Source of the DNA: a virus
Lineage: Duplodnaviria; Caudoviricetes
Direction: 5' to 3' (one strand)
Virus record (IMG/VR): IMGVR_UViG_3300047400_000090
Span: 1 to 64,000 of that record
Length of the DNA stretch: 64,000 nt
Both the position numbers and the translations under genes were made by a program. The number at the start of each line of letters is the position of its first letter. Within the stretch, counting starts at the first letter, position 1. The notes under the pieces are model-generated. The model saw only the letters and a program-made list of their open reading frames with translations. It was not told where the DNA came from and did no database searches. Below are positions 9,101 to 17,548 of the stretch, piece after piece.

Positions 9101-10466
9101 TCTTTCTCGCCTCCTCTACGTACTTTCGTGAATCTTCCGAGTAAAAGAACTCGTCCTCGGCTGGTGTGATCCCATCATAGAACTCAAAGTCATCAAACGT
9201 AATCCACTTATCCACCGCTTTGGCCGCCTTGAGAACCGGAAGGAATTCTGAGAGCCTAAAACTATCGACGTAGTGCTTTCTGACCATCTCTGCCAGATCT
9301 AACTGCCCGGTCCTGCGGTAGTGTTGTGAAAGCTCATCACGAAGCATCCCTTTCCGGGTCTTAATCTTCCTCATCCTCGGGGTTAGGTTGCCTTCTGCGT
9401 CTACAAACTGACTAGCAGACACTGGAGTAGTGTTTTTTGCGGCCTGGGACGACGCTGGCTCGATTTGCTGCCCTTGGACGTCCGTAACCGCGTGAGATTC
9501 GCTATTGCTCGTTTCTGGCTCGTTTTCGCACTCCAGGACTGGAGCGATTTGGTCGGCCAGGGAGATGTAGTCAGGAATCGACCTAACAATCCCCCTAGGA
9601 TCGACCTTAATTCCGCTAGAGAGGGTATCCTTGATGGCCGCCGAGGCCGCCGAGGTAATAACTTCTACTTCGTACTGTCTTTCCAAGTTAGAGACGGCGT
9701 CAAGAATTAGACCATCGATAGACTTATCACTCTTCCCTAGAAGGCTAGTAGCTTTCTTAGATTCTGGAACCGAGACCAGTAGTCTGGCAATTCTTCGGGA
9801 GGTAGTCAAGCCCATAGAGTCATCATACCCAACTTCACCTCCGTTATCAACCTCAGATCCTAATCCACAATCTTGATCCGCTATCAAGCTCCCTTGCCCA
9901 TGGCCTGCTACCTTTATTAACTTTTCTACATTATTAACGAAGGTTAATGGTTCTTCTAAGTTCTTCTTTGTTCTTCGTTCTTCTATGCGTGTTGAATTGA
10001 CCACGGTAGCGTGTTGATTTCCACACGGTGGCGTGTTGATTTCCACACGGTGGCGTGTTGAATTGACCACGGTTGACCGTGTTGAATTGACCACGGTTTG
10101 AGTTAATAGGATGTTATTGGCGGTGACTTGTAGTGCGTTCCAATTGACCTTTCCGTTGCCTATTTGTCTATCTACTTCTTTAGATATCTCCTCCATGATT
10201 GGAAGGATTGTCACAAACAGTGGGGCCCCATTCTTGCAGGTCTTGTGGATTAGGCCACGTTTTTCTAGGCTGTTAATGGAGTTCCTGATTGCCTCAGTTG
10301 ATACCCCAAATAAGGCGCTGGAAGCCTCCGTCCTGCGTACATTCCCGCTACCTCCTGGTAGGTTCTTTCTTAGCCAAGAGAGTACTAGCGCATCTCCCCT
10401 ATTCCCCTGGCAGGCAATCATACAGTCGGCAAAGGTTTGCTCAAACCACATCTGATTATCTCCCAT
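9093..10466 (-). CDS. replication initiator-like protein (N-terminal HTH, internal iteron-encoded repeats)
   Basis: GVSTEAIRNSINSLEKRGLI winged-HTH pattern; repeated TVVNSTR; upstream of primase/helicase as for lambda O. Confidence 0.65.
   Translation of the reverse strand: MGDNQMWFEQTFADCMIACQGNRGDALVLSWLRKNLPGGSGNVRRTEASSALFGVSTEAIRNSINSLEKRGLIHKTCKNGAPLFVTILPIMEEISKEVDRQIGNGKVNWNALQVTANNILLTQTVVNSTRSTVVNSTRHRVEINTPPCGNQHATVVNSTRIEERRTKKNLEEPLTFVNNVEKLIKVAGHGQGSLIADQDCGLGSEVDNGGEVGYDDSMGLTTSRRIARLLVSVPESKKATSLLGKSDKSIDGLILDAVSNLERQYEVEVITSAASAAIKDTLSSGIKVDPRGIVRSIPDYISLADQIAPVLECENEPETSNSESHAVTDVQGQQIEPASSQAAKNTTPVSASQFVDAEGNLTPRMRKIKTRKGMLRDELSQHYRRTGQLDLAEMVRKHYVDSFRLSEFLPVLKAAKAVDKWITFDDFEFYDGITPAEDEFFYSEDSRKYVEEARKNG
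9526..9549. promoter_or_regulatory. dispersed palindrome copy
   Basis: TCGCACTCCAG-GA-CTGGAGCGATT, inside initiator gene. Confidence 0.75.
9988..10097. repeat. five ~20-22 bp direct repeats (iterons), putative replication origin
   Basis: CGTGTTGAATTGACCACGGT x3 (9988, 10054, 10078) and CGTGTTGATTTCCACACGGTGG x2 (10010, 10032); adjacent T-rich tract ~9925-9985. Confidence 0.8.
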
Positions 10467-10677
10467 GGTTGCTGTACTCCCCCGTCTTTAGATCCCTGGC
10501 CTTTAGGACACTGATGCGGTCCTCCTGAAGGATAAAGACGTACTCTGCCGTCTCCTCGGTAGTCCCGCCGATGTACAGCGTACTAACGGCTACCGATTCG
10601 CCAGAGGGCGATCTAACGGTCGTAGTGGTGATTTTACGGGCTTGTGTGGTTAGGTCTGATCCTAGTTTGTGTAGCAT
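10456..10677 (-). CDS. hypothetical protein
   Basis: ATG 10677 chosen because the longer ORF overlaps the terminator. Confidence 0.5.
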   Translation of the reverse strand: MLHKLGSDLTTQARKITTTTVRSPSGESVAVSTLYIGGTTEETAEYVFILQEDRISVLKARDLKTGEYSNHGR

Positions 10678-10700
10678 TCTGGTTCCTCTTGGGGATAATA

Positions 10701-10732
10701 ACACAAAAGCCCCAGGGCACAAACCCAAGGGC
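10701..10732 (-). terminator. intrinsic terminator after the tRNA pair
   Basis: Minus strand GCCCTTGGG-TTTGTG-CCCTGGGGC then TTTTGTGT. Confidence 0.65.
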
Positions 10733-10748
10733 TAAACTGTGTCAAAAT

Positions 10749-10824
10749 TGGTACGCTAGCTAGGCTTCGAACCTAGATTCCATCCTTAGGAGTGATGTGT
10801 CCTATCCATTTGAACGACTGGCGC
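10749..10824 (-). tRNA. tRNA-Arg (CCU)
   Basis: Cloverleaf GCGCCAG...CTAGCGT, anticodon loop CT-CCT-AA, TTCGAA T-loop, encoded CCA. Confidence 0.85.
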
Positions 10825-10826
10825 AC

Positions 10827-10902
10827 TGGTATCCCCATCAGGAATCGAACCTGAATTCCCGTCTTAGAAGGGCGGTGCTCTATCCGATTGAGCTATAGGG
10901 AC
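10827..10902 (-). tRNA. tRNA-Arg (UCU)
   Basis: GTCCCTA...TGGGGAT, TAGCTCAATCGGATAGAGC D-arm, loop CT-TCT-AA, TTCGATT, encoded CCA. Confidence 0.9.
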
Positions 10903-10906
10903 AACT

Positions 10907-12013
10907 CTACTGAACTACGCTAACTGCAACAAAAGAAAGGTCTGGATTAAATCTAAGCGCCATCCCTGACAACCCTCTCTGCTGCCCCTTGACCTTGATC
11001 AGCCCTTGATGACCTACGGCGGCCTGCAGCGTAAAGCTAGCCAAGTACTGCCCCATGGCAGGGATGGTTACATTATAGAAGCCGATTTGATTGCCATTCT
11101 CGTCAAAGTATGTCATCAGGACAGACTGATCGTAATTGAGCGAGTTACTAATGGCAAACCCAGTCGTAGCCCCTCCAGTGGAGTCATAGAAGATAGATAG
11201 ATTATCGGACAGTGCCGTACTTCCTCCAATGGACGAAACCTTGCTACCGGTGCCGTTCTGATTGAAGTAGAAAGCCTGTACGCTCACAGGCGGACCTATA
11301 AATGGCAAAACAAGCGCCGTGCCAACCACTGTGTTCTGATTAGACAAGTCGCTGATAACAATTGAGTTAGTTCCATTACCGAAAGTGTTGGCGTAGAACG
11401 AGCTTCCTGTTCTTCCATCGGCTAGCTTAACGGTAAGTTGGCGGCCCTGGGGGTCATAAAACTGCACCAGAGACGTAGACGGAACCTGGGAGGGGTTGAT
11501 GAACTGCAGGGTAGTTACCCACTGCTTCCCTGTGGCGATGTGCGGGATGGCAACTGAGCCACTAATTGGAAGATTGTATGATCGATTGTCTGTAACCTGT
11601 AGAAAAACAAAGCTACTAACAGTTAACCCAGTGCCCTGATCCAGGATTCCGATGGGGACCACGTAACTGCTAATGTCGAGCTTAGATGGATCCACGGTAA
11701 TGTACACACTGGCGGTCTGACTGGTATTCAGCGGGATTGATCGAGTGGTTAGGCTATTAGGGCCGAAGATAGTGTTGGTGCCAAAGGCTGAGTTGGTAAA
11801 TGATCCGGTGTTATCGGTAACGCTGCCGACTTGGATTTGGAAGACCTTAATCCCAGTGGTCTGATTGGTGACCGAGATGGGTGTCTGGATTGTCTGTAGG
11901 CCACCAAATTTATCGACCTGTGCCGTAATTTGGTTAGGAGTTACGGTAAAGCTGTAGGATTGGGCGAAAAGGCCCATGGTAGTCGCTAGGGCGAGTAGTG
12001 TTTTCTTAATCAT
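10907..12013 (-). CDS. exported beta-rich protein with signal peptide, resembling Acidobacteriota exported proteins
   Basis: MIKKTLLALATTMGLFAQ signal; IPHIATG..W.TTLQFINP motif recalled from Bryobacteraceae proteins (unverified). Confidence 0.6.
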   Translation of the reverse strand: MIKKTLLALATTMGLFAQSYSFTVTPNQITAQVDKFGGLQTIQTPISVTNQTTGIKVFQIQVGSVTDNTGSFTNSAFGTNTIFGPNSLTTRSIPLNTSQTASVYITVDPSKLDISSYVVPIGILDQGTGLTVSSFVFLQVTDNRSYNLPISGSVAIPHIATGKQWVTTLQFINPSQVPSTSLVQFYDPQGRQLTVKLADGRTGSSFYANTFGNGTNSIVISDLSNQNTVVGTALVLPFIGPPVSVQAFYFNQNGTGSKVSSIGGSTALSDNLSIFYDSTGGATTGFAISNSLNYDQSVLMTYFDENGNQIGFYNVTIPAMGQYLASFTLQAAVGHQGLIKVKGQQRGLSGMALRFNPDLSFVAVSVVQ

Positions 12014-12054
12014 GATCTGTTCCTTCGTAGGGGATGTGGTGGTAGTAGGTTTCC

Positions 12055-12078
12055 TGTCGCTCCAGTCCTGGAGTGATT
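12055..12078. promoter_or_regulatory. dispersed palindrome copy
   Basis: TGTCGCTCCAG-TC-CTGGAGTGATT, intergenic, downstream of promoter 12129. Confidence 0.8.
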
Positions 12079-12128
12079 TTAGACAGGAATTTCCTAAGTA
12101 GTTTGAATAACTTAACCATTAAGTCTTG

Positions 12129-12157
12129 ATTATAGCCACCGATTCACGGATTGTCAA
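12129..12157 (-). promoter_or_regulatory. sigma70 consensus promoter
   Basis: TTGACA-17bp-TATAAT on the minus strand. Confidence 0.85.
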
Positions 12158-13151
12158 CTGACATCAGTAACTTGCCGCCCTGAACCGAGATGTATGCCTG
12201 CTTCTTCTTGGATAACTTGCCTGCGTTTACTAGTCGGGCCATGGGAAGCGTGATGGACTGGTGGATAAGTCGCTTAATCGGCCTAGCGCCGTACTCTTTG
12301 CTGAATCCGTTATCTATAAGATAATCAACAACTTCCTGATCGTAACTAATCTCCCAGGCCCGATCCTCATGGTTAGTCATTACAAGGTCTTGTACGGCCT
12401 GAATTTCGTTCTCTACAATCATCCCAAGGTTGTCCCTGGAGAGGTCATTGTAGGTAATAATTTCATCCAGTCGATTAATGAACTCTGGCAGTAGGGTCTT
12501 CTTGGCGGCTCCTGTGCCGACATTGCCCATTCCTGCAGAGGTAGTTGGCTTAGAGTAGGCAGAGAACCCGAAACTGGGGTCACTAGCCTGCTTTAGCTCC
12601 TTGGCCCCCAGATTAGAGGTTAGGAAGATTATGGTGTCCTTAAAAGGAACCTTGCTGGCATCGCCCAGCGTTAACTGGGCTTTATCAAAGACGCCAAGTA
12701 GCACGTTTTGAAGGGAGGTGGCAGCCTTCTCGATTTCATCGAAAACGATAATCGCCAGAGAAGAATGTCCTGACCGTGTCTCGTTGATCGTCTTGGCAGA
12801 CAGCAGTGAGGGAGTTTCGCGGTGGCCTAAGTATCCTGCGGGGCTGCCTAAAACCCTAGCAACCTCGTGCTCATTTCTCATCTCTCCACAGTCAATCCGG
12901 GTTAGGCTAGTGGAGGATCCATGGAGGCACTCCGCCAGGACCTCGGCAGTCTTGGTCTTGCCGCAGCCAGTCTTCCCTAGGAGAAGGAATACCCCCACTG
13001 GGCGGGTACTAGGGCACAGTTGAGCCTGATATACCTCAATGTACGGGACGATTCGCTCTAGGGCCGCATCCTGGCCAATAAGGAGTTCCTTGGATCGACT
13101 CAGGAGGTTGGAGTAGCCTACTTCATTTGACTGCCGCTTAGCTGCGCTCAT
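12144..13151 (-). CDS. ClpA/ClpB-like AAA+ ATPase, D2 module only
   Basis: LGKTGCGKT, VLGSPAGYLGH, FDEIEKA, FLTSNLG, PEFINRLD, YGARPIKR. Confidence 0.9.
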   Translation of the reverse strand: MSAAKRQSNEVGYSNLLSRSKELLIGQDAALERIVPYIEVYQAQLCPSTRPVGVFLLLGKTGCGKTKTAEVLAECLHGSSTSLTRIDCGEMRNEHEVARVLGSPAGYLGHRETPSLLSAKTINETRSGHSSLAIIVFDEIEKAATSLQNVLLGVFDKAQLTLGDASKVPFKDTIIFLTSNLGAKELKQASDPSFGFSAYSKPTTSAGMGNVGTGAAKKTLLPEFINRLDEIITYNDLSRDNLGMIVENEIQAVQDLVMTNHEDRAWEISYDQEVVDYLIDNGFSKEYGARPIKRLIHQSITLPMARLVNAGKLSKKKQAYISVQGGKLLMSVDNP

Positions 13152-13159
13152 AACTTAGT

Positions 13160-13978
13160 CTAACTCAAGAGTCCCCTTTCCTGCTCCCATCCGGTGAAAT
13201 TTCCACGCGGCGCGAACAAGGAGGGGGTCGCTACGTGTTCAAATGGGGACCAGTGGGGAGGCTTGGCATCGCGCAGCTTATTGTAAAGCTCTAAGTCTTT
13301 TGCTATGTCTTTCTTCTTTGAGTCGAATGGCTTATAGCTTACCCTGGCACAGCGAGCTACCGAGACCATTTTACGTATTTCTACGTCTGGTTCTTCCTTG
13401 GCGGTGACATAAGGAGTGTGCCACTCGTTGAACCCTAACCTCTTTGGCTTAGACTCCCTAATGGCCTTCTTAATTGCCGAGGCTAAGGCCTTGGTTTCTG
13501 GTTGGGCTAATGGCGAGATGCGTTGCTCGAAGAAGTTATCCCACTCGGTAGAACTAATGAGCATGTGCTGCCACAGGAACGGATCTAGGAGGCGATTAAC
13601 AACTTCTTTGTGGACCCCCTTGTTTAGTAGATCAACGGCCCTATAGGTGGCATCTTCAGAAGCAAACCTCCACTCTTCTTTGCATCGCTCAGAGATTTTT
13701 TTGCCTAGCTTCTTGCCAGCTTGCATCCCTGGCTTGTTTGACCCCCAAGAGATGGGGATAGCGGGATCGGTTAAGACCTCTTCGATTAGCTTCTCCGTAG
13801 GCACAGCCCTATCGGATCGGCCATTCCTACTAAAGGCTCGGTGGGTCAGGACGTGCGGTAGGATAAAGCGGTGGAAGCACACCTGTACGGTGGTCAGACG
13901 GTTATCATTGTGGATGCTATCGGCGATTACGGTTGCGCTTATCATTTTAGAAGTACCACCGATGGAAACGCTTTTCAA
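13160..13978 (-). CDS. thyX: flavin-dependent thymidylate synthase
   Basis: THR-x7-SDR (RHRx7SxR variant), HWSPFEH. Confidence 0.85.
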   Translation of the reverse strand: MKSVSIGGTSKMISATVIADSIHNDNRLTTVQVCFHRFILPHVLTHRAFSRNGRSDRAVPTEKLIEEVLTDPAIPISWGSNKPGMQAGKKLGKKISERCKEEWRFASEDATYRAVDLLNKGVHKEVVNRLLDPFLWQHMLISSTEWDNFFEQRISPLAQPETKALASAIKKAIRESKPKRLGFNEWHTPYVTAKEEPDVEIRKMVSVARCARVSYKPFDSKKKDIAKDLELYNKLRDAKPPHWSPFEHVATPSLFAPRGNFTGWEQERGLLS

Positions 13979-14018
13979 GTATAATCAGCACAAATACTGC
14001 AATCATGAATATTTTCAT

Positions 14019-14513
14019 CTAGAACTCCTCTCCTGTACCTACCTGAAGATCGTCAAGTATCCCAAGATCTCTCCATGCAAGTAGTGTCTTCTCTGTCGGA
14101 TTTACGGTTCTTAAGTGCTCTATTAATTTCTTGTATATAGGAGGCATCATTCTTTTTATTTCTACAAGAGAGAGATTGCTTTTTATGGTGTTCATTCTTT
14201 TTGAACAAATAACTACATTGTCCTCCGTATATCCAAGGGTTGGTATTATCCTATCAAGAGATGGAATCTTGTCACGACTGGATGGGTCAGTAGATAATTC
14301 AGCATCAGAATAGAAGCATCTTCCCTGTTGTTTGCTTAGTAGGCAGGATATGAAGTCTTCTGAAATATTAATAGGTATATCCATCTGCCTGCATCTGTTT
14401 CTTTTTGTCTTAAGGTTAAAGAGTATCCTTCCTAGAAGACTCTCTTTGTACCTGTCAGTAGTCATCTTATACCGGCACTGGTTGCAAGTAGAAAGCATGT
14501 ACTCATATTTCAT
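14019..14513 (-). CDS. HNH-type free-standing (homing) endonuclease
   Basis: QQGRCFYS...PSLDRI...GYTEDNVVICSKRMNTIK; more AT-rich than neighbours. Confidence 0.7.
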   Translation of the reverse strand: MKYEYMLSTCNQCRYKMTTDRYKESLLGRILFNLKTKRNRCRQMDIPINISEDFISCLLSKQQGRCFYSDAELSTDPSSRDKIPSLDRIIPTLGYTEDNVVICSKRMNTIKSNLSLVEIKRMMPPIYKKLIEHLRTVNPTEKTLLAWRDLGILDDLQVGTGEEF

Positions 14514-14554
14514 TCCGCGCCTATTGATAGAAAAACATATAGCCTCTTTCTCCT

Positions 14555-14668
14555 TTAGACATTTATTACAAAGTCTTCATTTCTGGACCCAAAAGAATCA
14601 AGCAGTCTGGTTAAAACAACTTTTCCTGTCGGCGGAAGCTCGTCTGAAGCCTTAATCCATTTAGCCAT
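14555..14668 (-). pseudogene. short or truncated ORF MAKWIKASDELPP (DUF551-like start)
   Basis: Manual translation, 37 aa; stops just upstream of the endonuclease gene. Confidence 0.35.
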
Positions 14669-14939
14669 AAGGATACTCCTTCTTAATCATTCTAATCTCT
14701 CTTCTACTGGCTGCTTTCTTAATGTTCTTCTCTTTCGGCTGGTGACCTACGTGCCAGAAGTTGCAATGTTGACACTGGTAGGCATTTATCCGATTAAAAC
14801 TGCTCAAGTCTTTCCCGGTCATTAAGTCAAGCCAGAATAGCATGCTGATCATCTCTGATGCAACCTCCTCTGAGATGAGTCTATACTTAGAGCACTTCAC
14901 CTGATCCGGCGTCAACCGACTCCTCGGACTCGATATCAA
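14661..14939 (-). CDS. small Zn-binding phage protein
   Basis: NAYQCQHCNFWHVGH. Confidence 0.6.
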   Translation of the reverse strand: MISSPRSRLTPDQVKCSKYRLISEEVASEMISMLFWLDLMTGKDLSSFNRINAYQCQHCNFWHVGHQPKEKNIKKAASRREIRMIKKEYPYG

Positions 14940-16194
14940 CCACGCCCTTGTCTGCCTGTTTTGACTCTAGTAACAAAAAATCAAAATTCTTGATTTTATA
15001 CGCCTCTGAAGTGTGCAAGTGATCGATCCGTACAACTACTCCCTCTGCTGGTATACCTGGGTTGTAGCGGCAGTCTCCTCCGACAAACATATGCTCCAGC
15101 GCCTCTACGTACTGATCTCCGGTGGCACTTTCAAGCCCAGTAATTCTAGAGACCCTTCCCTTGGACCTAAAAGGCACCGTTTCTAGTCCGTGTCGCTCGC
15201 AGAACTCTGTCATTTGACCCCAGGTAAGCTCAATAACGCTGCCGTCTAGGCCAGTTGATGTAACTCGATAGACAAATAGCTTGTGCTTCCCCGGTAGACA
15301 TCCGTAGGTGTAGCACTTCTGAATCTCAGCGCCGTCTGGCGTGTAACCAACGATCTCGCCGTAGATGGTGTATGAGTCAGGAATCTTTGGACCTTCCTCT
15401 CGGGCTACTTCTCCCCATAGGTCCGTCTTGTAGAAGTGTTGCTTGTTCCCCATTGGTTCACCGACGCCCTTGATAACCCTACGGCTAGACCAGACTAACT
15501 CATAAGTCTTATCGTCAACCTTGATACCAAGCCGCTTAGCCAGTCTCTCGGTCCACTTCAGAGGACGTTCCGTTAATAGCTTCCCAAAGCAGATAGAGGT
15601 GCCGTGCAGCTTCTCGGTGATAATCACCTCTTTATTTGGGGTTAATACGTGGGCGTTGCGGCGCAGATTAGCCGTGTCGTAGTGGAAGCGGAACTGTCCC
15701 TCTAGGATTCGATCCTCTGCTCTTGCCGCTCTCGGCTGGTGCTGGCGCAGAGACGTCGGGTTACGTTTGGCTACGTACTTCCGGCAGATGATATGATCGT
15801 CAATTTCATCCAGGTCGGTCAAGACTGGGATATTGTAGTCCCCGAGGTAGCCCAGGAAGGAGATGGGACACCAGAAACCTTCTGACTTGTGGCCTCTCAT
15901 CTTAATGGCCTTAACCCTGCCGGATGGGTCAAAGAAGCCTTTCTGGGGAGGCTGGTCGTCTTTGCCGTACTTCTCCCGAAGAAGACCGTTCTGAATCAGG
16001 AATTCTTCGTCCAGGGCTGTCTCTACCGGGAAGAATAGGCCAATGTCTCCTATCTGGGATGACTTCGAGACGATTACCTGATTGCCGAAGACTCTCGCCC
16101 CACGGGCATTGTCCATACCCTCTAGGGAATAGATGTCTTGTAGAGCCACTACCGTGGCACAGTAGTTCTTATTCTTAGGTGTTGGGATGTTCAT
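14887..16194 (-). CDS. RNA ligase (Rnl2/DRB0094-like) with N-terminal OB-like domain
   Basis: TEKLHGTS (motif I), YGEIVG, FVYRV, EGVVVR, KIKN. Confidence 0.85.
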   Translation of the reverse strand: MNIPTPKNKNYCATVVALQDIYSLEGMDNARGARVFGNQVIVSKSSQIGDIGLFFPVETALDEEFLIQNGLLREKYGKDDQPPQKGFFDPSGRVKAIKMRGHKSEGFWCPISFLGYLGDYNIPVLTDLDEIDDHIICRKYVAKRNPTSLRQHQPRAARAEDRILEGQFRFHYDTANLRRNAHVLTPNKEVIITEKLHGTSICFGKLLTERPLKWTERLAKRLGIKVDDKTYELVWSSRRVIKGVGEPMGNKQHFYKTDLWGEVAREEGPKIPDSYTIYGEIVGYTPDGAEIQKCYTYGCLPGKHKLFVYRVTSTGLDGSVIELTWGQMTEFCERHGLETVPFRSKGRVSRITGLESATGDQYVEALEHMFVGGDCRYNPGIPAEGVVVRIDHLHTSEAYKIKNFDFLLLESKQADKGVVDIESEESVDAGSGEVL

Positions 16195-16207
16195 TCTTGA
16201 CTCCTTG

Positions 16208-16396
16208 TTAAAATCTACTACTAGCGTCGTCGGTAAAGCGAAATTGCGAGGTCTTGGAGGTAGACCTACGCCTCTCGGCGGCAGTATAGAAGATCCACCC
16301 GCTATGTCTGCGTGTTAGGCGATGGGAAAGAGTATTTACCAGCCTTTCGCCATTTAGGCCGGATGTGTTTAATCCAAACATGTAAGAGAATCTCAT
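16208..16396 (-). CDS. array-2 short ORF (MRFSYMFG..LNGE)
   Basis: Paralog of adjacent ORF; 1-bp overlap. Confidence 0.6.
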   Translation of the reverse strand: MRFSYMFGLNTSGLNGERLVNTLSHRLTRRHSGWIFYTAAERRRSTSKTSQFRFTDDASSRF

Positions 16397-16596
16397 TAGT
16401 TAAACCTGTCGCTAGCCTGATCTGCGTACATGTGCTTAGAGTTATGGGAAATAATGATATCAAAAGACATATCTCCGTTAGCTGGCCATAGATGGTGTGA
16501 CCACAGCAGGCATTTGTGCATAAACCTGAATCGCCAGTTAATAGACTCCCCGTTAAGCCACTCCGTGGTGGGACCGAACATGTAAGCAAATCTCAT
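16396..16596 (-). CDS. array-2 short ORF (MRFAYMFG..LNGE)
   Basis: Paralog of adjacent ORF; ATGA overlap. Confidence 0.6.
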   Translation of the reverse strand: MRFAYMFGPTTEWLNGESINWRFRFMHKCLLWSHHLWPANGDMSFDIIISHNSKHMYADQASDRFN

Positions 16597-16856
16597 TTTA
16601 TACGTCCCATGATGCGGTCAATTGTTTTTGCTAACTCTTTAAGTGTTGGATCTTTCGGTTCTATTCTTGAGTAGTGCTTGCAATCGTAGTTGGAATTCCT
16701 GTCTGAGTCGGTGCAGGATTTTCGCTCCGGGACTGCCCCGGCCCTGCAAATCGGACTCTCTTCTGGGTAGCCGCACCTTGCGTCAATGATAGCCGGATTG
16801 CCGAACGCTCTGTACGGCCTGAAATACTTACAGTCTTCGCAGTAGATTTTACTCAT
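16593..16856 (-). CDS. Cys-rich small protein
   Basis: CEDCKYF...C...C...C...C. Confidence 0.6.
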   Translation of the reverse strand: MSKIYCEDCKYFRPYRAFGNPAIIDARCGYPEESPICRAGAVPERKSCTDSDRNSNYDCKHYSRIEPKDPTLKELAKTIDRIMGRIK

Positions 16857-17026
16857 TTATTTCTCCTGGCAGGGAAAGTTAGATAGTTCATTGGACTCGG
16901 ACTGGTTGCTACCTTCTTGCCATAAATAAGCCAAGATAGACTATCTGAATAGACCCTGAAACATTGATAGGTCATAAGTGCTACGCTACCTATGGTCATC
17001 CCTGCCGCCCTAGTTGCGGTAGTCAT
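16853..17026 (-). CDS. array-2 short ORF (MTTATRAAG...SWLIY)
   Basis: Manual translation, 57 aa, ATGA overlaps both ends. Confidence 0.55.
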   Translation of the reverse strand: MTTATRAAGMTIGSVALMTYQCFRVYSDSLSWLIYGKKVATSPSPMNYLTFPARRNK

Positions 17027-17166
17027 GCAGCCCTGCCTGGATAGCGTACAACTACTCCGATAGCTGTTGTCTTTTTATAGATAAGCCATGAAACGCACGA
17101 GAAGGAAATTCGTCCTAACTCTGCGGAACGAATTGCCATTGTCGCTGTCTTTACAGCCGTAGTCAT
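17023..17166 (-). CDS. array-2 short ORF (MTTAVKTAT...SWLIY)
   Basis: Manual translation, 47 aa, ATGA overlaps. Confidence 0.55.
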   Translation of the reverse strand: MTTAVKTATMAIRSAELGRISFSCVSWLIYKKTTAIGVVVRYPGRAA

Positions 17167-17321
17167 TTAGAGAACCTGCGTGGATACCAAACAACACCAC
17201 CGCTAACTGTTACTTCTTGATAAACTAGCCATGACCAGTAGGCGCACGAGTAGTCATTCAACCCAGAGTCACTATAATCAACTCCTGGCATCGCTGTCTT
17301 TACCGCCGTAGATAAGCCCAT
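17163..17321 (-). CDS. array-2 short ORF (MGLSTAVKTA...SWLVY)
   Basis: Manual translation, 52 aa; shares TAVKTA and SWLxY. Confidence 0.5.
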   Translation of the reverse strand: MGLSTAVKTAMPGVDYSDSGLNDYSCAYWSWLVYQEVTVSGGVVWYPRRFSK

Positions 17322-17548
17322 CCAACAACTCCTACCATTTTGTCAACCGGCCTACCATGGCATCTCAGGGATGCAGGCGTCGGGTTATTGAGAAAGCCTA
17401 CCCTCTCATAAAAGAAAAGGCACAAATGCTTCAAGGAAATCTTATGAAGGTCAAGCGGAGCAATGGATGGAATCTTGTAGTTTTTTGATCCGGTAAATCT
17501 TGGAGTCCTGAACCTCCCAATAGAAACGGCCAGTCTCGCAGATGTCAT
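17300..17548 (-). CDS. short hypothetical ORF (MTSARLAV)
   Basis: ATGA overlap with upstream gene. Confidence 0.4.
   Translation of the reverse strand: MTSARLAVSIGRFRTPRFTGSKNYKIPSIAPLDLHKISLKHLCLFFYERVGFLNNPTPASLRCHGRPVDKMVGVVGWAYLRR

Noticed and set aside
10749-10902. attP site and temperate lifestyle
   Set aside because: No integrase, excisionase or clear CI/Cro switch in the window; tRNAs alone are insufficient
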